Positions 29,072-38,497 of a DNA stretch of 64,000 nucleotides are shown piece by piece (the stretch's first letter is position 1; every line of letters begins with the position of its first letter). This DNA is from a virus (Duplodnaviria; Caudoviricetes). Position numbers and translations under genes: made by a program. The notes under the pieces are model-generated. The model searched no databases. It worked only from the letters and a program-made list of their open reading frames with translations, and had not been told where the DNA came from. Location of the stretch: positions 1 to 64,000 of IMG/VR virus record IMGVR_UViG_3300032017_000001; one strand, given 5' to 3'.

Positions 29072-30364
29072 TCAAATACGGTTTGGGAGACGGCTGGGAG
29101 ATCGTTTTTTACGGGAAGCCTTCAGTGGGGGATACGGGCCGAACTCGCGGCGGTCCACGACGACCCTCAACGAGTCCTCCCACAGTCGCTGGAGGTACTC
29201 GGCGATCGCCAACTCCATCGCCAGCGTCACATGCGAGTACGTGCCCTCGACGCCCTGGAGCACATGCCCCATCCGCGCCTCGACAGCCACCCTAGGATGA
29301 TTCCCCTCGTCCAGCCAGACCTTGTGCGAGTGCCGCAGCCCGTGCGGCGTCAACCCTTCCACCCCCAGTACCGGCCGGAGCCCTCCGCGGGCCTTCGCGC
29401 CCCGCACCACACCGCGCGACGCCCGGCCCGACACCATCGGCTGCCACGTCTCGGCGTACCAGTCACCGCCCCGCAGCAGCCGGCCGCCCTTCGGTGCGGT
29501 GAACACCCACTCCCCCTCAGGCCGCGATTCCAGCAGCTCCCGCAGCAGGTCGGCGAGGAACGGCGGCAGGATTAGCCCGCGGCCCGAGTCGTACTTGTTG
29601 CCGATCTCTGTGAACTGGCCGTCGATGTACTGGGACTGCTGCACCGAGTGAAGCCGCGCTCCCTCGCCGGCGTCCTTCAGCGCCAACTGGTCGCGGTGCA
29701 CGCCGGCCAGCTCCCCGATCCGCAGGCCCGTGTAGGCGGAGGCGAGGACGATCGCGTACTCGTTCAGCCCACGCATCTCGCGCGCGTTGCGGGCGACGAG
29801 CAGCACCTGGCGGGGGGTGGCGATGGTTCGTTCGTCCTTCGGCTTGGGCTTGTATCGGCCGCGACGCCCGGACTTCCTCGCCGCCACTGGGTTGTCACCA
29901 CGGAGCTTCTCTGCGACCGCGTCGTCGAGCATGGTGCGGAAGACGCTCATGACGTTGTCGGCGTAGTTCTTCGACAGACGCTGACGCAGCCTCTTTTCCC
30001 ATGCGGCGATGCCGGTGGGGGACAGGTCGCCGACGGCCGTCTCGCCCCACTCGGGCAGGATCTGGTTCTTCAGGCGGAGTCGGTACTCCTTCTCGGACAG
30101 CGGCCCGACGTCGATGGACGGCAGCCACTTCTCCGCCCACTCCTCGACGGTGATCCGCCCGTCGCGGGGGTTGATGAACTGTTTGCGCCGCACGTCGACC
30201 TCGAGGCCGTGCGCGTACTGCTCGGCGGCCCGCTCCGTGTAGAACGGCTGCCCATGCTCGTCCTTGCTGACTGACCCCCACTTGCCGTTGGGGAGCTTGT
30301 ACCGGCCGCGGTACCGCCACTTCTTTGCGCGCTTGTCGTAGGTGCGTCTTTCCGCATGCGCCAT
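29072..30364 (-). CDS. int: Tyrosine integrase
   Basis: TGLRIGEL, HGLRH, MGH, TYSH; N-terminal arm-binding region; 3' end abuts attP. Confidence 0.92.
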   Translation of the reverse strand: MAHAERRTYDKRAKKWRYRGRYKLPNGKWGSVSKDEHGQPFYTERAAEQYAHGLEVDVRRKQFINPRDGRITVEEWAEKWLPSIDVGPLSEKEYRLRLKNQILPEWGETAVGDLSPTGIAAWEKRLRQRLSKNYADNVMSVFRTMLDDAVAEKLRGDNPVAARKSGRRGRYKPKPKDERTIATPRQVLLVARNAREMRGLNEYAIVLASAYTGLRIGELAGVHRDQLALKDAGEGARLHSVQQSQYIDGQFTEIGNKYDSGRGLILPPFLADLLRELLESRPEGEWVFTAPKGGRLLRGGDWYAETWQPMVSGRASRGVVRGAKARGGLRPVLGVEGLTPHGLRHSHKVWLDEGNHPRVAVEARMGHVLQGVEGTYSHVTLAMELAIAEYLQRLWEDSLRVVVDRREFGPYPPLKASRKKRSPSRLPNRI

Positions 30365-30393
30365 GGTTCACCTCGCCGTGCAGGCAGCTCTGA

Positions 30394-30612
30394 TCAGCCT
30401 GTGACTGCTCGAAGTGTGGCGTACACCGTGGCCTCGTCGAGCCGCCTCCACCCGGCGATGGTGGTGTTGAGGATCTTCTGCAGGGCTTCGGCGCCCGGCA
30501 CAGAGATCAACTCATCGTCGACGTACACGTTGAAGAGGCCGCTCTCGCAGTCCTCTACCCAGACTTTGACATTGAACGGCATATCCGTCACAGCCAGAAC
30601 CCGCACAGGCAT
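30394..30612 (-). CDS. Hypothetical protein between repressor and integrase
   Basis: Clean 72-aa ORF. Confidence 0.5.
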   Translation of the reverse strand: MPVRVLAVTDMPFNVKVWVEDCESGLFNVYVDDELISVPGAEALQKILNTTIAGWRRLDEATVYATLRAVTG

Positions 30613-30717
30613 AGGTCCCCCAACCGACCACTGCGGGCGCCCCCCTTTGTGGTCCTGGTATCAGATCACATTTCGGGCGGCCTGGGGAGGGGACGTGTGC
30701 GATCAGTGCGCAGGGAG

Positions 30718-31272
30718 TTACGCGCCGTTCGCGGCCTGTGGTCCGTCGTCGTTGTCGGGCAGTCGGCGCAGGCTGTGCTCAGCCTTCCGCCACGCGAGGA
30801 GCGCCTTCTGGATCTCCTCGGGGGTGGCGTCGGGCGTGCCGTGCACGACGACGGTCATGCGCACTCCGTTGGCACCGGGCAGTTGGATGACCTGCGAGTC
30901 CAGGAGCGGGTCATCGCTCTCCAGTTCGTCGACGATCCGCAGCGGCAGTTTCCCGCGCAAGCGGTCGGAGCCGCCGCGAAGGCTGGCTGAAACGTCGTGG
31001 ACGACCGGGGCCGGGGTGGGTTCGCCTCCGTTGAGGATGGCTACCGCTGAGCCGGCCGACCAGCCGAGGTGGGGCTCGAGCTGGGGCAGTGTTTTGGGGA
31101 CGCGGGGACGCGGCTTGCCACTCTCGAGGTTCTGGACAGTGCTTTCGCTGACGCCGGCGAGCTCGGCGAGCGCGACCTGCGAGAGGTGGCGTGCTTCGCG
31201 TGCAGCTCGGATGGCGGTGGCAAGCTCTGGCCATCGTTTCGTGGTCCAGTCCGCTGTCATGACGGCCATCAT
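30718..31272 (-). CDS. Immunity repressor (XRE HTH)
   Basis: AAREARHLSQVALAELAGVSESTVQNLE; divergent from a Cro-like gene. Confidence 0.82.
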   Translation of the reverse strand: MMAVMTADWTTKRWPELATAIRAAREARHLSQVALAELAGVSESTVQNLESGKPRPRVPKTLPQLEPHLGWSAGSAVAILNGGEPTPAPVVHDVSASLRGGSDRLRGKLPLRIVDELESDDPLLDSQVIQLPGANGVRMTVVVHGTPDATPEEIQKALLAWRKAEHSLRRLPDNDDGPQAANGA

Positions 31273-31494
31273 GCCGCACAGGTAGGCAACACGCACCCAC
31301 CAGATCCCCCAATTGACCAGGATTGATCGGTCTTAGGGGCGCCATTTTTGTTGCTTTGTTAGCTCCCTATTGCGCTCGCGCCCCGTGAGTACGCCTGTGC
31401 GCGCCGTGCGCCTCTGGCCATAGTTCAGCCGTCAAGTTCACTCACGGCACCCAAGGAAGCCAGAGAAACACCCAGAGAACCCAGAACGCAGCCC

Positions 31495-31524
31495 TTGCTG
31501 ATGCCGTTTCGTTGGGTCTATGTT
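31495..31524 (+). promoter_or_regulatory. Early rightward promoter (leaderless Cro)
   Basis: TTGCTG-18nt-TATGTT, GTG 7 nt downstream. Confidence 0.5.
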
Positions 31525-31531
31525 GGGTGTC

Positions 31532-31783
31532 GTGAGACCCAATGGAGCCGCAATGAAGGCGATCCGCGAGGCACGGGGGATCAGCCTTCGGCAGCTCGCA
31601 AAAGACATCGGCCGAGATGTCGGCTTCCTCTCCCGAGTCGAGGACGACAAGCAGGGAGCCGGAGACGAAACCCTCCACCGCTACGCCGAGCGTCTGAACG
31701 TGCCCATCAAGGCCATAACCCACAAGGAGACGACCAGTGACCAGGACCAGCCTGGCTCCCCCCACCGAGAACACCCCCACTGA
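31532..31783 (+). CDS. Cro-like XRE regulator
   Basis: IREARGISLRQLAKDIGRDVGFLSRVE. Confidence 0.8.
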   Translation: MRPNGAAMKAIREARGISLRQLAKDIGRDVGFLSRVEDDKQGAGDETLHRYAERLNVPIKAITHKETTSDQDQPGSPHREHPH

Positions 31784-32072
31784 CCGGCCGGCCGCCGACG
31801 AGACCACCCTCATCCTTCGCCTCGCCGAAGTGGTTGAGCAGCTCGCCGCGAGGCAGACGGCGGCCGATCTGGAACTGCGCTGCTTCACCCCGGAGCAGGC
31901 CGCCTCGATCCTCGGCAAGACCGAGAACTGGGTTCTCGAGGCCATCTACGAGGGCCGCATCCCCTACACGCGGGTCGGCAAGTCCCCGCGTCTGACCGCG
32001 GCCCACATCCGCTGGGTGCAGGCCCAGGGCGAGTGCCTTCCCAACAAGTACGCCAAGCCGATCGCCGCCTGA
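31737..32072 (+). CDS. Excisionase-like HTH protein
   Basis: FTPEQAASILG...IPYTRVGKSPRL (HTH_17 pattern). Confidence 0.75.
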   Translation: MTRTSLAPPTENTPTDRPAADETTLILRLAEVVEQLAARQTAADLELRCFTPEQAASILGKTENWVLEAIYEGRIPYTRVGKSPRLTAAHIRWVQAQGECLPNKYAKPIAA

Positions 32073-32150
32073 GCGGCAGTGAGGCCGACCCCGCGCCTAC
32101 GGGACCGGCCTCGTGATCCCCATCCAGAGCACGCAACGAAAGGGACCACC

Positions 32151-32597
32151 GTGTCCATGATCTCACCCCAGTCCGAGACCCCCAAGGTCTCCCTCGACAC
32201 CGAACTCCGCAACGCCGCCGCGAAGCTGCGCAAGCACCTGAAGCACGCGACCGACAGCCCTTGGGTCGCCAGCTCCGTCTGGTCGCCGGATGCCGTGAGC
32301 ACGTCCGCGGTCTACTCCCACGCCCACCCGACCGCCACGGTCGAGTCCGAGGTCGTCGCCTCCGGCCGCATCCGCTCCGGCTACGGCGGCATCCGCGAGC
32401 CGTGGAACGCCGAGTACATCGCCCTCATGCAGCCCGCCGTCGGCGCCGCGCTGGCGAAGCTGCTGGAGGTCGAGGCCGACGTCGTCGCGGCCCGCGTCGC
32501 CGAGGACGGCACGGACGACTACGCCGCCGACTTCGGCACCGGCTACCTCATCGAGATCGCCCGCCTCATCAACGGCGACGAGGAGGCGGCCCGATGA
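32151..32597 (+). CDS. Hypothetical protein (paralog of 52447..52803)
   Basis: NAEYIALMQPAVGAALA. Confidence 0.6.
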   Translation: MSMISPQSETPKVSLDTELRNAAAKLRKHLKHATDSPWVASSVWSPDAVSTSAVYSHAHPTATVESEVVASGRIRSGYGGIREPWNAEYIALMQPAVGAALAKLLEVEADVVAARVAEDGTDDYAADFGTGYLIEIARLINGDEEAAR

Positions 32598-33319
32598 GCG
32601 ACTACGCCGAGGTCGCCGCTCACGTCGCTCGTGACGTGAAGGACGGCAAGCTGGTCGAGCTCCGCGAGGACGGCCTGTACAGGCACGTCGAGTTCAAGGC
32701 CCTGCAGGGATGGTCGCGGATCATCCTCGTGACCTGGCCGTACAACCTGCTGGTCGCTGGCTCGCACGGCTCGTTCCACTTCGAGCGGTTCGGCCCGGAC
32801 ACCGAGGACATGTTCGACTGGCTACGCGGTATCCGCGTCGAGCCGAACCGGTGGGCGTCGAAGCTGGTCAACGGCGCCGACAGCGTCCGCGAGTACGACC
32901 AGGAGCGGCTCGTCGCTCAGGTCAAGGACGAGGTCGCCGAGGCCGTCAAGGACGGTGCCCCGCGCGGTCTGCGGGCTGCGGTCCGGGAGCAGATCCTGGA
33001 GAGCGACCGACTGCACTCGCGGGACTGGGCCATGCAGATGGTCTACGACTTCGAGCACGGCGTCACCTACCGCGCCGAGTGCACCTGCGGGTCCTTCAAG
33101 GACCACGACGACCAGAGCGACGCCTACCGCTGGGAGTTCTACCGGCACCGTCCAGCAGGCGACCACAAGGTCAAGATCCGTGAGATCGGCGGCTTCGCCT
33201 TCTCCGACGTCGGCGACTGGTCCCTGGACAAGGTGAATTACCACTTCGCCTACCAGTGCTACGCCGCTTCTTGGGCCATCGCCCAGTACGACGCCGCCCG
33301 GAAGCAGGTGGCCGCATGA
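32594..33319 (+). CDS. Conserved hypothetical phage protein
   Basis: DGLYRHVEF...LVTWP...DMFDW pattern; coupled ORF. Confidence 0.6.
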   Translation: MSDYAEVAAHVARDVKDGKLVELREDGLYRHVEFKALQGWSRIILVTWPYNLLVAGSHGSFHFERFGPDTEDMFDWLRGIRVEPNRWASKLVNGADSVREYDQERLVAQVKDEVAEAVKDGAPRGLRAAVREQILESDRLHSRDWAMQMVYDFEHGVTYRAECTCGSFKDHDDQSDAYRWEFYRHRPAGDHKVKIREIGGFAFSDVGDWSLDKVNYHFAYQCYAASWAIAQYDAARKQVAA

Positions 33320-33585
33320 GCGACGCCCTGACCCCGTTCGAGTCCTTGCTCCGCGCGTCCGACGTGCGTCTGCCGCACCTGTGGCAGACGGCGTGGGAGG
33401 AGGCGGAGACGACTCTGCAGGCCGTGTTCCCGGAGGGTTATGACGTCCTGGAGGCCGGCCGACTCGCGTTCGAGTCCCTGCACGACGACCTGAAGCCCGT
33501 CGCCCTCGACGCGCTCATCTACGGCTGGTGGGAGGCCGAGCAGGACCGCGCCGCCCGCTTCGAGGCCATGGGAGGCGCGCTGTGA
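33316..33585 (+). CDS. Hypothetical protein
   Basis: ATGA/GTGA-coupled early operon gene. Confidence 0.55.
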   Translation: MSDALTPFESLLRASDVRLPHLWQTAWEEAETTLQAVFPEGYDVLEAGRLAFESLHDDLKPVALDALIYGWWEAEQDRAARFEAMGGAL

Positions 33586-33875
33586 GCGAGCTGACGCTGA
33601 TGGTTCAGGTCGACGGCGAGATTCGCCCTCTGGCTAAGTGCGTGTGGATCACGCGGGCGCCCTGCGGCTGCCCGTGCGGAGCACTCACTGCCGCCTACGG
33701 AGACCAGGCACACGCCACCGAAGAGCAGGCATGGCGGGAGCAGTACCCGCTGAAGCGTGAGCGCGACAAGTACCAGCGCAAGGGCTTCCGGCTGGAGCTC
33801 ATGAGTTGGGACCGCTACCGCGGCGAGGTCGACCTCGCCGCACGGTGCCCGCACGTGAAGGCGGTGACCCGATGA
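33582..33875 (+). CDS. Hypothetical protein (CGCPC motif)
   Basis: Coupled ORF. Confidence 0.55.
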   Translation: MSELTLMVQVDGEIRPLAKCVWITRAPCGCPCGALTAAYGDQAHATEEQAWREQYPLKRERDKYQRKGFRLELMSWDRYRGEVDLAARCPHVKAVTR

Positions 33876-34144
33876 ACGACCGCCTGACACCCCAGTGCGA
33901 AGCCGAGATCGTCGCCCGGCAGCGAATTGCCGACCTGCTGTGGTGGAGCGTTCCGAGCTGCGACAACACAGAGGCGAAGGCGAAGGCCGAGGCGTTGCTG
34001 GACGCGTTCGCCTCCGCTGTCCGCGCTGAGGCCTTGCACGCGGCGGCCGACCACTTCGCCACCGCCCAGCAGCGGCACCTCGTCAACGCCACCGTCGTCA
34101 ACATCCGCCGCCGCCGCGCCAACACCGCCGGGGAGGCGTCGTGA
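33872..34144 (+). CDS. Hypothetical protein
   Basis: Coupled ORF. Confidence 0.5.
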   Translation: MNDRLTPQCEAEIVARQRIADLLWWSVPSCDNTEAKAKAEALLDAFASAVRAEALHAAADHFATAQQRHLVNATVVNIRRRRANTAGEAS

Positions 34145-34329
34145 CCCGCCCGCTCGCCGACCTGGAAATCGACTCCGTCCTCGCGGTTGAGGCTGCCTGG
34201 GAGCGCCGCTCGCAGGGCCTGAAGCCGTGGACGACGGAGGAGTTCCTCGACGCCGTCGCCGCTGTACACGCCCGCTACCAGCTGCGCCGTGAATGGCTGC
34301 GCACCCACCGGCAGGGAGACGCCACATGA
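34141..34329 (+). CDS. Hypothetical protein
   Basis: Coupled ORF. Confidence 0.5.
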   Translation: MTRPLADLEIDSVLAVEAAWERRSQGLKPWTTEEFLDAVAAVHARYQLRREWLRTHRQGDAT

Positions 34330-34592
34330 CCGCCTACGAGCATGACGGTGTCGTCTTCGACTTGACCGTCACCCACACCGATGTGACCGGGGTGGAGTGG
34401 CAGTGGTCCGGCAGCTACAACGCCGCCGGGGAGCCGCTGATGGGGTGCCCGGAGCGCGGAAGCGTCATCCTCCACCCGGCGCTCGTGTCCCTGCCGGACC
34501 TGTACGCCTGGCACGGGCCACTCATCCCCAACCCGCGCAAGGCGACCGCCGCCCTCTACCGGCACGTCCTGCTGTCGGCGGTGACCGGATGA
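34326..34592 (+). CDS. Hypothetical protein (phiSA1p31-like)
   Basis: VVFDLTVTHTDVTGVEW...LPDLYAWHGPL. Confidence 0.5.
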   Translation: MTAYEHDGVVFDLTVTHTDVTGVEWQWSGSYNAAGEPLMGCPERGSVILHPALVSLPDLYAWHGPLIPNPRKATAALYRHVLLSAVTG

Positions 34593-34735
34593 CCGCCCCG
34601 CCCGTACCGGCAGTCACCGAGCCCGACGCCGCACCCAGCCGAACACCCGCCTGGATCACCAACCCGGACCTCATCGCCTCCATCGAGGCCGGACTCATCG
34701 ACATCGACGACGACCTCCTGGGAGACCGCACGTGA
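34589..34735 (+). CDS. Small hypothetical protein
   Basis: Coupled ORF. Confidence 0.4.
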   Translation: MTAPPVPAVTEPDAAPSRTPAWITNPDLIASIEAGLIDIDDDLLGDRT

Positions 34736-35193
34736 CCGCCACCCACACCGTCCCGCACGCCCCCTACATTGCGGCCGCTTTCGACGCGCTCGCCGAAGCC
34801 GCCACGCCGCCGGCCGAAGTGGACGTCCGCGCCAGCGAGTCCTGCGGCAACTCCCTCATGCTCGACGCCGTCATCACCCTCACCCCCGAGGACTCGGGCA
34901 TTCCCGCCGCCCGCTACCCGCACGGGCTGATCCTCATCTGGGAGCACCACAACGAGCACGAGGACGGCTGCCTGAACGAGGGCGCGGTGTGGCAGTGGGC
35001 CCGCCTCAACGAGGACGGCAGCAACTCGCTGCCCGAGCCGCTGCCCCTGCCGGGCTGGGTGATGCCCGCAATGCTCGCCGGCGCTGTCGTCACGCTCGCC
35101 CACACCGGCACCGCCACCCCGATGACCAGCGGCTGGCACCAGCACCTGCGTGCCCCCGTCCAGACCGCCATCGAGGACTGGGAAACGCGGTGA
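34732..35193 (+). CDS. Hypothetical protein
   Basis: Coupled ORF. Confidence 0.55.
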   Translation: MTATHTVPHAPYIAAAFDALAEAATPPAEVDVRASESCGNSLMLDAVITLTPEDSGIPAARYPHGLILIWEHHNEHEDGCLNEGAVWQWARLNEDGSNSLPEPLPLPGWVMPAMLAGAVVTLAHTGTATPMTSGWHQHLRAPVQTAIEDWETR

Positions 35194-35300
35194 TCTACAT
35201 CGCGCCCATCCTCGGCGGCGTGACCGCCTTCCTGCTCCTCTTCGGCGAACAGTTCGCCGCCCGCATCGCCGACCGCCTCGACAGCAAGGGGGACCAGTGA
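35190..35300 (+). CDS. Small membrane peptide
   Basis: Single hydrophobic helix, coupled on both sides. Confidence 0.45.
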   Translation: MIYIAPILGGVTAFLLLFGEQFAARIADRLDSKGDQ

Positions 35301-35656
35301 GCATCGCGACCGCACCCACGGCAACCGACATCGCAGCCGTCCTCGACCTGGCCGCCGACCACATCACCACCGTCGGCTACTGCAAGAAGTACCTGTACAA
35401 CACCCACCAAGCCGCGACCGGGCCCCCGCTCGACAAATGCGCCGTCGACATCATCGGCGCCATCAACACGGCCGTCCACGGCACCCCAAGGCACGTCGGA
35501 GGCGACCCGCTCACCTGGGCTGCCGAGAAGGCGCTCGCCGCCCGGATCGACGCCCCGTCGCTCGCCGCGTGGTGCGACTACCCGGGCAGCGGCAAAACGA
35601 CCGCGCTCGCTCTCCTCCGCGACACCGCCGAAGCACTCCGTGAGGAGACGTCGTGA
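35297..35656 (+). CDS. DUF6197-like protein
   Basis: LDLAADHI..VGYCK...CAVDIIGAI...AWCD. Confidence 0.6.
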   Translation: MSIATAPTATDIAAVLDLAADHITTVGYCKKYLYNTHQAATGPPLDKCAVDIIGAINTAVHGTPRHVGGDPLTWAAEKALAARIDAPSLAAWCDYPGSGKTTALALLRDTAEALREETS

Positions 35657-36135
35657 GCATCCTCCAAGACCTCCGCACCCGGGGCCGGCACCGTGGCAAA
35701 ACGCCGTGGCAGCTGATCCAGACGATCGGCCGCCTCGAACGGGAAGCGGACACGGCCGCCTGCCAGCTGGTCGCGATGGCCACGGAGGTCGACGAACTGA
35801 CCGCCGACCGCAACCGGCTCGCCGCCGAGTGCGACGAGCAGGCGGTCGCCCACCAGGCAGCCGTCGACACCCTCACCGTGCACCGCGACGAACTCCTCGC
35901 CGAAGTGACCGCCCTCAAGGACCGCTTCGGCCCGCAGCTCGCCGAAGAGGCCAACGAGAACGCCATCACTGTCCCGGCGATGGTCCGCGACACGAGCGCT
36001 TTCGAAGACCAGGCCACCGAACCCATCCCGGTGATCACCCTTCGTGAAGCCGCCGCCGCTGGGCGCCTGGGTCCGACCACCGACCCCGGCCGGATCGGGC
36101 CCGACGACGACACCCAGCCCATCCCGGCCACCTGA
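35653..36135 (+). CDS. Coiled-coil hypothetical protein
   Basis: Coupled ORF with heptad-like helix. Confidence 0.55.
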   Translation: MSILQDLRTRGRHRGKTPWQLIQTIGRLEREADTAACQLVAMATEVDELTADRNRLAAECDEQAVAHQAAVDTLTVHRDELLAEVTALKDRFGPQLAEEANENAITVPAMVRDTSAFEDQATEPIPVITLREAAAAGRLGPTTDPGRIGPDDDTQPIPAT

Positions 36136-36212
36136 ACTGCCGCCCCGGCCGGATGACCAACGGCCGGCCGAGGCGGCACCCAACACCACCCCTACAGGAA
36201 CGGACAGACCGC

Positions 36213-36656
36213 ATGACCGACCGCATGGCAGACCGCCTGTACACCGACGACGACCTCCGCGCCGAGGCTGCCCGCCAGCTCTCTGCGCACGGGCCGGGCA
36301 TGAGTCCCGAGCAGGCCTACGCTGCAATGCTCGACGCCCGGATCGAGAGCACCAGCGACACGGACGGCCCGACGTGGTCCGAGGCACTCGGCGCTCCCGA
36401 GCTCAGCACCCCAGCGTCCGCGATCCACGCCCTCATCAACGGCGCGGCCGACACCTCCGAGTGGGCCGTCAACCTCGGCGCCGACGGACTCCAGCCCGAC
36501 GGCCACACCCTCCAGCTCGGGGCCAAGGGCCCCGCCGCAGAGGACCCGGACCAGCCGTTCGTTCGACTGCACTTCGCCTTCCACCCCGACGCGACGGCCG
36601 ACGAACGCGACCGCTTCGTCATGGAGCTGTCGAAGGCCGTGCTCCACAACCTCTGA
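36213..36656 (+). CDS. Hypothetical protein
   Basis: RBS AGGA; clean ORF. Confidence 0.55.
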   Translation: MTDRMADRLYTDDDLRAEAARQLSAHGPGMSPEQAYAAMLDARIESTSDTDGPTWSEALGAPELSTPASAIHALINGAADTSEWAVNLGADGLQPDGHTLQLGAKGPAAEDPDQPFVRLHFAFHPDATADERDRFVMELSKAVLHNL

Positions 36657-36719
36657 CCACCGCCCACGAGAAGCGCCCCGCCGGGCGAATCGGCGGGGCA
36701 CCAAGCCCAAGGAGAACAC

Positions 36720-37025
36720 ATGACCCTCGACCACACGGTCGGTGTCGCCTACGGCTTCGAGATCCCCGACACCGACCTCGACGCCCTCACCGAAGCGACC
36801 GCCGGGCTGCCCGTCGGCTACGACACCCTCGGCGACCGCGACAAGACGTTCCTCGTCACCGCCTACACGCCCGTCGGCAAGAACACGGCCGCCCGGCTCA
36901 CACCCGAGTCGATGGCCGCCGCCATCCCGGCCGGCCTCGACGAGGCACTCCACACGGCCGCCACCCGGCTCGGCCACACCGATCACGACCCGCCCGCCTG
37001 GCTGGTCCTGCACGACTACAGCTGA
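36720..37025 (+). CDS. Hypothetical protein
   Basis: RBS AAGGAG. Confidence 0.6.
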   Translation: MTLDHTVGVAYGFEIPDTDLDALTEATAGLPVGYDTLGDRDKTFLVTAYTPVGKNTAARLTPESMAAAIPAGLDEALHTAATRLGHTDHDPPAWLVLHDYS

Positions 37026-37160
37026 CCGGCGCCACAACTCCACAGTCCGGCGGTCGCGTCGAGGCCCCCGCTCCGCGACTGCCACCTAGGGCATCCAGCC
37101 CCACCAACCCCCCGGTCGGGGCTGGATGCCCGCCACCCCGCACACCCGAAAGCAGGAGAC

Positions 37161-37568
37161 ATGAGCACCGAAACCACCACAATCCCGGCCGACGTTGCCG
37201 CGCACGTCCTGTCCCACTTCGGCCGCGGCGGCTACCCCGCCGGCGACTGGACCGAAACCCTCATCACCCTCATCGACCGCGCCGACATGACCAACCGGGC
37301 CAAACTCGCCGCCGCCTTCCCCGACTACGGGGCCGCCGTCCTCCTCGCCAAGTACGACGAGGAAGGCATCGCCACCCTCCAGCGCATCCTGCAGGGCGAG
37401 ACGACGCCCGCCCGATCCGACGTGCCGCAGTGCCCCGAAGCGCTGTTCAACCCGGACACCGGCAGTCTCCTCCGCTGCGTGCAGGAGGGCAGGCACGACT
37501 GGCACAAGACGCCGGGTGGCACGCACTGGAACGTCCCCGTCGACTCCGGCGCGAGGGACCCGTTCTGA
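37161..37568 (+). CDS. Hypothetical protein
   Basis: RBS AGGAG. Confidence 0.6.
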   Translation: MSTETTTIPADVAAHVLSHFGRGGYPAGDWTETLITLIDRADMTNRAKLAAAFPDYGAAVLLAKYDEEGIATLQRILQGETTPARSDVPQCPEALFNPDTGSLLRCVQEGRHDWHKTPGGTHWNVPVDSGARDPF

Positions 37569-38497
37569 TGGCCACCGCGACCGCACCCGAGGGCATCCTG
37601 CTCGGCTCCTTCACCCCCGGCACCCCGGAGTGGAACGAGGCACGGAAGGGCCTGTGCATCACCGCCACCGAGATCGCCGCCGTCGTCGGTCTCTCCCCGT
37701 GGATGTCCCGCTTCACCCTCTGGCACAAGAAGGCCGGCCTGCCCACCGCCCCGTTCGAGATGAACCTGGCGATCGAGTGGGGCAACCGGCTAGAGGACGC
37801 CGTCGCCTCCAAGTGGCAGGACGAACACCCCGGACACCTCGCCGCCCCGGCAGGAACGTGGCGGCACCGGGACCGCGAGTGGCAGCGCGCCACCCCCGAC
37901 CGGCTCATCTACCCGCACCCCGCCACCGAGTTCGAGGTACCGGAGCAGGCGGTTGGACTCCTCGAGGTCAAGACGTCCCCGTTCGGGGACGACTGGGGAC
38001 CGTCCGACTCGGAAGAGATCCCCATCTACTACCGATGCCAGATCCAGTGGCAGCTCGACACGCTCGGCCTCGACGTCTGCCACGTCGCGCTCCTCGTCTC
38101 CGGCCACGACTACCGCGAATACACCGTCGCCTACGACGAGAACGACGCGAAGATCCTCCGCGCCGCCGCCGAGCGGTTCCTCGACGACGTCCGCAACGGC
38201 GTCCGGCCGCCCATCGACGGCGCGACGGACACCTACCAGACCATCCGTGTCCAGCCGGACGGGCTCGAGGACCGCGACGTCGAAATCCCCGCCGAGTTGG
38301 TCGCCCGCTGGGACAAGGCCTACACCGCCGTCGCCACCGCCTCCGCCGATCTCACCCAGATCCGCGGCGAAGTCCTCGACCTCATCGGCACCGCCAAGCG
38401 CGCCATCTGCGGCGACCGCCGCATCGCCTACCGCACCGTCCGCGACGGCCACACCTACAGCCTCAACCCCTACACCAGCAGCAAGGACGCAGCATGA
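37568..38497 (+). CDS. YqaJ/RecE-type exonuclease
   Basis: ITATEIAAVVGLSPW, WGNRLE, ATPDRL, LLEVKT, YYRCQIQWQL. Confidence 0.9.
   Translation: MATATAPEGILLGSFTPGTPEWNEARKGLCITATEIAAVVGLSPWMSRFTLWHKKAGLPTAPFEMNLAIEWGNRLEDAVASKWQDEHPGHLAAPAGTWRHRDREWQRATPDRLIYPHPATEFEVPEQAVGLLEVKTSPFGDDWGPSDSEEIPIYYRCQIQWQLDTLGLDVCHVALLVSGHDYREYTVAYDENDAKILRAAAERFLDDVRNGVRPPIDGATDTYQTIRVQPDGLEDRDVEIPAELVARWDKAYTAVATASADLTQIRGEVLDLIGTAKRAICGDRRIAYRTVRDGHTYSLNPYTSSKDAA

Noticed and set aside
28497-29300. Several ORFs across the att region
   Set aside because: They overlap attP repeats and the ACAD fragment; no coherent protein features
29570-29580. Apparent rare Leu codon in the integrase
   Set aside because: The codon is CTA, not TTA
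30394-30612. ImmA-type antirepressor protease by position
   Set aside because: Too short and lacks HEXXH
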